Below are positions 26,488 to 32,000 of a stretch of DNA of 32,000 bases, piece after piece. Each line of letters opens with the position of its first letter. Position 1 is the first letter of the stretch. The stretch is from Candidatus Heimdallarchaeota archaeon (GTDB lineage: Archaea; Asgardarchaeota; Heimdallarchaeia; Heimdallarchaeales; Heimdallarchaeaceae), in the NCBI GenBank assembly GCA_030668875.1, contig DAOVER010000003.1, positions 1 through 32,000 on the forward strand. Reading direction: 5' to 3'. The position numbers and the translations under genes are program-made. The notes beneath the pieces were generated by a model that was not told the DNA's origin, ran no database searches, and was given only the letters and a program-made list of their open reading frames with translations.

Positions 26488-28170
26488 TTATTCAAATTCC
26501 ATTCTAGAGGAAACTTCTTTTTCTTCTTCTTCTTCAGATTCAGTTTTTTCTGTTTCTGCTTCCTCTATTATCTCTTCGATTACTTTCTCTTTCAGTTCCT
26601 TCTTAGGTTCTTTAAGATCACGTTTAAGTTCAAATTTAATCTCTTCCTTGATTTCTTCCTTGATTTCTTCAAGAATCGTTTCTTTGAGCTCTTCCATGCT
26701 TTCTTCTGTTTTCAGTTCCTTAGAGACTTCTCTCTTAACTTCTCTCTTTGGTTCTTCCTTGATTTCTTTTTTAACTTCTTTTTTGATTTCCTCAATAACT
26801 TCTTCTTTCACTTCTTCCTTGATTTCTTCAATATCAGTCATTTCTGTTTCCTTCTCTTCTTCTTCTTTTTCCAATAAATCTAAATCTTCAAGCTGTTTTT
26901 CAACTTTAGCGTCTATTTCTTTTTCTTTCTTTTTATCATCGGTTTTTTCTTCAGATATAACGTTTTCAGCTTGTTCCTTTTTCTCTTCTTCTGTCTCTTC
27001 CTTATGTCCAAGTATGTCTTGCTTAACTTCTTCTTTAATCTGTTCTTTTAACGATTCATCTATTGCTATCATTTCTTTTTCTTCAATTTCTTCTTCAATA
27101 ATATCTTCTTTTGCAATATCTTCGTCTTCTTTTTCATCGGCAGATTCATCAGTTTTTTCTTTGTCAATTATTTCTTTCTTTGGTTCTTCTTTGCGTTTAG
27201 CAATAAGTATTGGAAAAGTAATCTCACGATCTTCCAATAATTCAATAAAATATGAGTATAAACTTGAATGTTTGGTCGGCATATATATGATTAATATTCC
27301 AACATCTTTTCCAAATGATGTAATTTCATCTTTGAATACTTCCATTTTATTTGTTGTAATAAGAAGGTACTCAATGAATCTTGATGCTTCTTTAAATACT
27401 TCAGAATTAGCTCGGTCAAACCTATCTAAATCTTCTTTATTCTTTTTAACAAATTCTGCGAATTCTTCCTCACTCTTGTCTTCATGGTAATTCTGATCAA
27501 TATTAACTAAACAGTGAATCTCGCCTTTCTTTAGACTTAATGAGAGAGCTTTTTCAGTAAGATAACTCAATTGTAAACTGTTACTTGCCATAATACATGT
27601 ATTTTTCCAAAGTAATTCCACGTTGATTTTATCACTTTGAATCAAAAGAACTGGAATTTCTTTTACTTCTTCTAAAAGATATTCAAAAATATCTCCCATA
27701 ACGGTGATTCTGGCTTCAGATTCAATATCTCCCTCTTCGACTTGTGTTATTCCGATGAAGGATGAAGGCACAATTATTAATTCATAATCTCCTTCAGTCA
27801 AAATTGCATCTATGATGCTTTTCAGCATTTCCACACTCTCAATAACCTGTCCTTTTATCTCAAATTCCTCACTACGCAGATGTTCGTAAGCAAATGAAAG
27901 TGAATCTTCGTAACTTTCCTTTGATGTTTTTGATACAGTAGAGGTGTTTTCGGTGTAAAAACAGACTACATCGATTTTAGTGCCAAAATGATGGTTTAAT
28001 TGTTCTGCTACTAAGACTGAAGTTCTGGATTTTGATGTTCCATCAATTAATACTAGAGCCTTTTTAACAGGATCTTGTTGAGGTCTAACAGAAGGAAGTA
28101 ATTCTGTGAATTTTTGCAATGTCTTTTCTATTGCTGTCTTCTGTTTATCTCTATCTTTAATGCTCATCAC
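26488..28170 (-). CDS. Universal stress protein (USP)-domain protein with long Glu/Lys-rich tail
   Basis: KALVLIDGTSKS..LVAEQL, LIIVPS, IPVLLI; low-complexity C-terminus; lies upstream of the transporter. Confidence 0.75.
   Translation of the reverse strand: MMSIKDRDKQKTAIEKTLQKFTELLPSVRPQQDPVKKALVLIDGTSKSRTSVLVAEQLNHHFGTKIDVVCFYTENTSTVSKTSKESYEDSLSFAYEHLRSEEFEIKGQVIESVEMLKSIIDAILTEGDYELIIVPSSFIGITQVEEGDIESEARITVMGDIFEYLLEEVKEIPVLLIQSDKINVELLWKNTCIMASNSLQLSYLTEKALSLSLKKGEIHCLVNIDQNYHEDKSEEEFAEFVKKNKEDLDRFDRANSEVFKEASRFIEYLLITTNKMEVFKDEITSFGKDVGILIIYMPTKHSSLYSYFIELLEDREITFPILIAKRKEEPKKEIIDKEKTDESADEKEDEDIAKEDIIEEEIEEKEMIAIDESLKEQIKEEVKQDILGHKEETEEEKKEQAENVISEEKTDDKKKEKEIDAKVEKQLEDLDLLEKEEEEKETEMTDIEEIKEEVKEEVIEEIKKEVKKEIKEEPKREVKREVSKELKTEESMEELKETILEEIKEEIKEEIKFELKRDLKEPKKELKEKVIEEIIEEAETEKTESEEEEEKEVSSRMEFE
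26642..26830 (-). repeat. Coding 12-bp repeats (EEIK/EEVK tetrapeptides)
   Basis: TCTTCCTTGATT tandem at 26642-26665 and recurring near 26753 and 26814. Confidence 0.7.
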
Positions 28171-28426
28171 AAACTCTTTTCACCATTACCTAAAAAAGCT
28201 TACCATAATAATCACAACCTATTTTCTTCATAAATCGCTTCTAACTGCTAAGATTAACAAAACTGGGCGAATTTGCTCTTGATTTTAGGAATTGCCTGAA
28301 TAATTGTAATACTTGAAGAAATTTTGACTAAAAAATAAATTTTTTATTAAGTGAATTTATACTGTTGTCATGATTATTTTTAACTAAAAAATTTTTATAG
28401 GTATCCAAGAATACGATATACTGATA

Positions 28427-28933
28427 ATGTTTCATAATAAGCAGAGAAAAGAGAATATTCTTAGAGAAGGAGTTATTGTCACACTGTTCTTTGTCACTTT
28501 TGCAGCTTTTCTACTTATTTTAGATATTTTCTTCCCAACTTTTCTTCTCGTTGTTTTTTCAGTTGTATTCTTTGCAATTGGTGCAGTTGTTTTATTCATG
28601 ATACTCTTTATTCTAATAATTAAGGCAAGAGGAAGTGAAATTCTGTTTTATCTAGGATATGAATCATTATTTACATTTGTAGGGATTCCACTTGCTTCCA
28701 TATGCATTCTAATCCTCCCCGTTTCAATCTATCTTCTATTCTTCTCAGGGAATGCTTTTGAAATATTAATTTTTGCAGTAATTTTTACATTTAGCCTAAT
28801 GCTAAGCTCTCTAATTTATACAGGAATTAAATTATGGTTATCGTCTAGAACAAGTGGGATTTTGGTACCAGAGAAAGTTGAAAAAGAACCAATCGAGCAG
28901 CTGTTAGATTGTTTTCCAAATTTGGAAGATTAA
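28427..28933 (+). CDS. Membrane hypothetical protein
   Basis: Four long hydrophobic helices. Confidence 0.7.
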   Translation: MFHNKQRKENILREGVIVTLFFVTFAAFLLILDIFFPTFLLVVFSVVFFAIGAVVLFMILFILIIKARGSEILFYLGYESLFTFVGIPLASICILILPVSIYLLFFSGNAFEILIFAVIFTFSLMLSSLIYTGIKLWLSSRTSGILVPEKVEKEPIEQLLDCFPNLED

Positions 28934-28991
28934 AACTTTTATCCACAGCAAAATTCTTTTATGGTGTGTAAATCTAATAAATCGTAATTAG

Positions 28992-30077
28992 GTGATATTA
29001 TTGCACAAAAAATTATGGATTCCAGGACCGACTGAGGTCAAAGATGATGTTCTTGAACAGCAATCCAAAAAATTATTCGGTCACAGAAGTAACGACTTTA
29101 CTATATTATATAATAGTGTGTTAGATCAATTGAGAGAGTTCTTCAAAACTGAACAACACATTACAGTAATAACAGCTTCTGGGACTTTGTTTATGGATAT
29201 CTCAGGAAGAAATTTGATTCGACCTGGTAAAAAAGCACTATGTATGGTGAATGGTTCTTTTTCTGATAGAATGTACAAAACACTTGTTAATTGTGGTGTT
29301 GAAGCTGAAAAAGTTGATATTGAATGGGGTAAAGCGATAAAACTTGAGCATATCAAAGAAAAATTAGATCAATCAGAATATGATGTTGTAACAGTTTGTC
29401 AAAACGAAACTTCTACTGGAGTAAAGTTGGATCTCAAAGCAATTGGAGATTTGCTTAAAAACTATCCTGATACATTGCTTGTTGTAGACGCAGTTTCATC
29501 TCTCGGAGGAGATTTAATTTTGCCAGATGAAATGAGTACAGATTTAATTTTCGCTTCTACCCAGAAATGCTTTGCACTTCCTCCAGGACTTGCAATTGGA
29601 ATAGTATCTCAAAAGGCACTAGACCGGACTAATGATGTTCCTAATAGAGGTTCTTATACAGATCTTAACAGTATATTTGCATACTTCGAAAAGAAGAAGC
29701 AAACTCCTTCCACACCAAATATCTCTTTGTTATTTGCTTTTGATTATAAATTAAAACAAATGCTAGAAGAAGGAGCAGAAAATATTAGTGCAAGGTTAAC
29801 AGAACTTAGAGATTATACACACAAATGGGCCTTAGATCATGGTTTTGGTTTGTTCGCAGAAGAAGGATACAGCTCAGTAACTGTATCAACAATAGTAAAC
29901 AAATTGGAAAAGGATGTTGGAGCTCTCAATAAAGCTTTAGGTGAGAAAGGTTTTGTTATAGCAAATGGTTATGGTAAACTAAAGAATCAAACATTCAGAA
30001 TTGGTCACATGGGTGATCATACCTTAGATGATTTGAAGGAGCTACTTGCTGCTATCGAAGAAATCTGGGAACTCTAA
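28992..30077 (+). CDS. Class V PLP aminotransferase (serine-pyruvate/alanine-glyoxylate type; possibly phosphoserine aminotransferase)
   Basis: IPGPTEV, FGHRS, QNETSTG, VDAVSSLGG, STQKCFALPPGL, FRIGHMG. Confidence 0.92.
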   Translation: MILLHKKLWIPGPTEVKDDVLEQQSKKLFGHRSNDFTILYNSVLDQLREFFKTEQHITVITASGTLFMDISGRNLIRPGKKALCMVNGSFSDRMYKTLVNCGVEAEKVDIEWGKAIKLEHIKEKLDQSEYDVVTVCQNETSTGVKLDLKAIGDLLKNYPDTLLVVDAVSSLGGDLILPDEMSTDLIFASTQKCFALPPGLAIGIVSQKALDRTNDVPNRGSYTDLNSIFAYFEKKKQTPSTPNISLLFAFDYKLKQMLEEGAENISARLTELRDYTHKWALDHGFGLFAEEGYSSVTVSTIVNKLEKDVGALNKALGEKGFVIANGYGKLKNQTFRIGHMGDHTLDDLKELLAAIEEIWEL

Positions 30078-30079
30078 AG

Positions 30080-31021
30080 GTGAAAGAAATGCCAAAAATT
30101 ATACTAACAGATAAATTAAACGAAAAAGCAGTTGAGGTTTTAGAAGCAGCTGGTTTTGAAGTAAAAATTGCTTGGGACATTCCTAAGGATGAACTTCCAA
30201 AAATTATTGGTGAATATGACGCAATTATTGTTAGATCTGCTACAAAGGTTAGGGGAGATTTATTTGATGAAGCAGTTAATCTCAAAGTGATTGGAAGAGC
30301 TGGTGTAGGTCTTGATAACATTGATATGGAAACAGCACTTGCACGAAACATCAAAGTTGTAAACACTCCTGCAGCTACAACCAACTCTGTTGCTGAATTA
30401 GCATTAACAATGATTCTATCCTCAACACGTGATATAGTTAAAGGTACTTGTGAAATCAAATCTGATCCAAGTAGTTTCAAAGCTCTGAAGAAAGAATTAT
30501 TCTCCCGTGAAATTGACGGAAAAACTCTAGGGCTAATAGGAACTGGTAGAATTGGTACAAGTCTTGCAGTCAAATGCAAAGCTCTAGGTATGAATGCGAT
30601 CGGATATGATGCTTATGTTGCTGAGAATCCTGTTGTAGAAATGAAACCTACAATGGATGATGTCCTCAAAGAAGCAGATTATATTAGTCTCCATCTTCCT
30701 CTAAATAAAGACACCAAACATATGATTGGAAAAGAAGCTATTTCTAAAATGAAAAGTACAGCTGTTTTAATTAACTGTGCTAGAGGTGGAATAGTTGATG
30801 AGATTGCAGCACATGAAGCATTAGAATCTGGGGTACTAGGTTACTACTGTACTGATGTTTTCGAAATTGAACCTCCAAGCATCGATAATCCTCTACTTCA
30901 TCACGAAAACATAATAATTAGCCCTCATATTGGTGCTCAAACAGCAGAAGGTAACATGAGAGCTAGCGTTCAAGCTGCTGAAAGAGTTATTGACGCTTTT
31001 AAAGAACTTGAGGATCTCTAA
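30080..31021 (+). CDS. serA: D-3-phosphoglycerate dehydrogenase (short form, no ACT domain)
   Basis: VRSATKV, GRAGVGLDNID, GTGRIG, NCARGG, DVFEIEP, SPHIGAQT. Confidence 0.85.
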   Translation: MKEMPKIILTDKLNEKAVEVLEAAGFEVKIAWDIPKDELPKIIGEYDAIIVRSATKVRGDLFDEAVNLKVIGRAGVGLDNIDMETALARNIKVVNTPAATTNSVAELALTMILSSTRDIVKGTCEIKSDPSSFKALKKELFSREIDGKTLGLIGTGRIGTSLAVKCKALGMNAIGYDAYVAENPVVEMKPTMDDVLKEADYISLHLPLNKDTKHMIGKEAISKMKSTAVLINCARGGIVDEIAAHEALESGVLGYYCTDVFEIEPPSIDNPLLHHENIIISPHIGAQTAEGNMRASVQAAERVIDAFKELEDL

Positions 31022-31036
31022 TCCAAAGGAATAGTT

Positions 31037-31060
31037 TATTCCTTTTTTCTTTCTATTTTA
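31037..31060 (+). terminator. Oligo-T terminator after serA
   Basis: TTATTCCTTTTTTCTTTCTATTT. Confidence 0.45.
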
Positions 31061-31131
31061 TTATAATTGAAATCAAACTGATTAGAACATACAAGAAACC
31101 TTTAAGAGAAGTTTATTTTCCTATTTCCTAT

Positions 31132-32000
31132 ATGAAAATTGCTTTAGTAGGTTTAGGGGCTATCGGAGCTATTGTAGCAGCTGATATAGCAAAAAGTGGT
31201 CATCCTGTTTATATCCCTTGTAAATATCAAGAAACTTTGGACATAGTTAAAGAGCGAGGGATTAAAGTAACAGGTGTAAGTGGTGAATATTACGTAAAGG
31301 ATAATCTCCATCCAGTTTTGGCAATTGAAGATTTACCTACTGATCTTGATCTTGTTTTTCTTGTTACAAAGCTAAATGATGTAGAAGATGCTATGAAACG
31401 ACTAGAAGATAAGCTGAGTACAAACTACACTGTTGTTACAATGACTAATGGTATGATTGAGGAGAAAATATGTCCTAAGATTGGAAGTGATCATTTACTT
31501 GGATGTGTTACAAGTTTCGGAGCTACAAAATCTGGACATGCTGAAGCCATTAAAACGTCTTCAGGGGAGATGGTGATTGGACGATTAGATGGTCAGAAAA
31601 GAGAAGTTGATGATCAGATAGTAGAAATGTTGTCATCAACGGTTCCTACTACTTGGTCAGATAATGTGAAAAACGAAAAATTTTCCAAATTGCTTATTAA
31701 CCTATCAGTAGCTTCTTTTGGAGTTATAAGTGGAATGACTCTAGGTGAAATGCTTCAAAGAAGAATGACAAGAATAGCTTTTCTTACTGTTATGACTGAA
31801 GGAGCAAAAGTAGCAGATTTGAAAGGAATTGAACTTCAGAAACTAAATGGTTTGAATCTTAATTTCTTAGTACTAACGAAGAAGGAATTATATGGATTTT
31901 CGTTCAAACATTTCATGAAGCAGATAATCATAAAAATTATCAGATTAAAATACAAGGATTTGAAATCATCAAGTCTTCAATCAATTGAACGAGGAAAGAA
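31132..32000 (+). CDS. panE: 2-dehydropantoate 2-reductase-family protein, truncated by window end (not in ORF track)
   Basis: Manual translation: MKIALVGLGAIGAIV..LVFLVTK..TMTNGM..KFSKLLIN..GMTLGEML..SSLQSIERGK. Confidence 0.88.
   Translation, partial: MKIALVGLGAIGAIVAADIAKSGHPVYIPCKYQETLDIVKERGIKVTGVSGEYYVKDNLHPVLAIEDLPTDLDLVFLVTKLNDVEDAMKRLEDKLSTNYTVVTMTNGMIEEKICPKIGSDHLLGCVTSFGATKSGHAEAIKTSSGEMVIGRLDGQKREVDDQIVEMLSSTVPTTWSDNVKNEKFSKLLINLSVASFGVISGMTLGEMLQRRMTRIAFLTVMTEGAKVADLKGIELQKLNGLNLNFLVLTKKELYGFSFKHFMKQIIIKIIRLKYKDLKSSSLQSIERGK

Noticed and set aside
26467-27490. Long Phe-rich and Ser-rich plus-strand ORFs
   Set aside because: Antisense by-products of the Glu/Lys-rich USP tail.
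1-32000. CRISPR array, rRNA, integrase or provirus
   Set aside because: No regularly spaced repeats, rRNA-like sequence, recombinase or virion genes were found.

Overview
AT-rich archaeal chromosomal segment. Evidence: a TBP gene, TATA/BRE-type promoters and GGTGA ribosome-binding sites; the style of the hypothetical proteins suggests an Asgard, possibly Heimdallarchaeia-like, host (inference). The left end carries an IS200/IS605-family tnpB with a rearranged RuvC site and its right-end hairpin. About 400 bp further on, on the opposite strand, is a second gene-less IS605-type right end with an apparently intact omega-RNA-like fold (terminal hairpin plus 9-bp pseudoknot complement). The two ends bracket a fragment of a destroyed regulator gene. 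Next is a regulator-rich block: double Lrp-type wHTH, TBP, two paralogous wHTH genes divergent from two paralogous small helical genes, a coiled-coil-wHTH protein, and an orphan ParB with a Zn-finger-like tail and a small partner gene. Metabolic genes follow: FTR1, a methyltransferase, a Grx-TrxR fusion, GH127-SDR-membrane protein, DegV, a histidine kinase, a DAG kinase, a disrupted SLC13/ArsB transporter, a USP protein, and aminotransferase-serA-panE. Two diverged duplicates of gene 3' ends record past recombination; one pair brackets a 2.6-kb insert encoding a clan-CD protease-like protein. No rRNA, tRNA or CRISPR array was seen.
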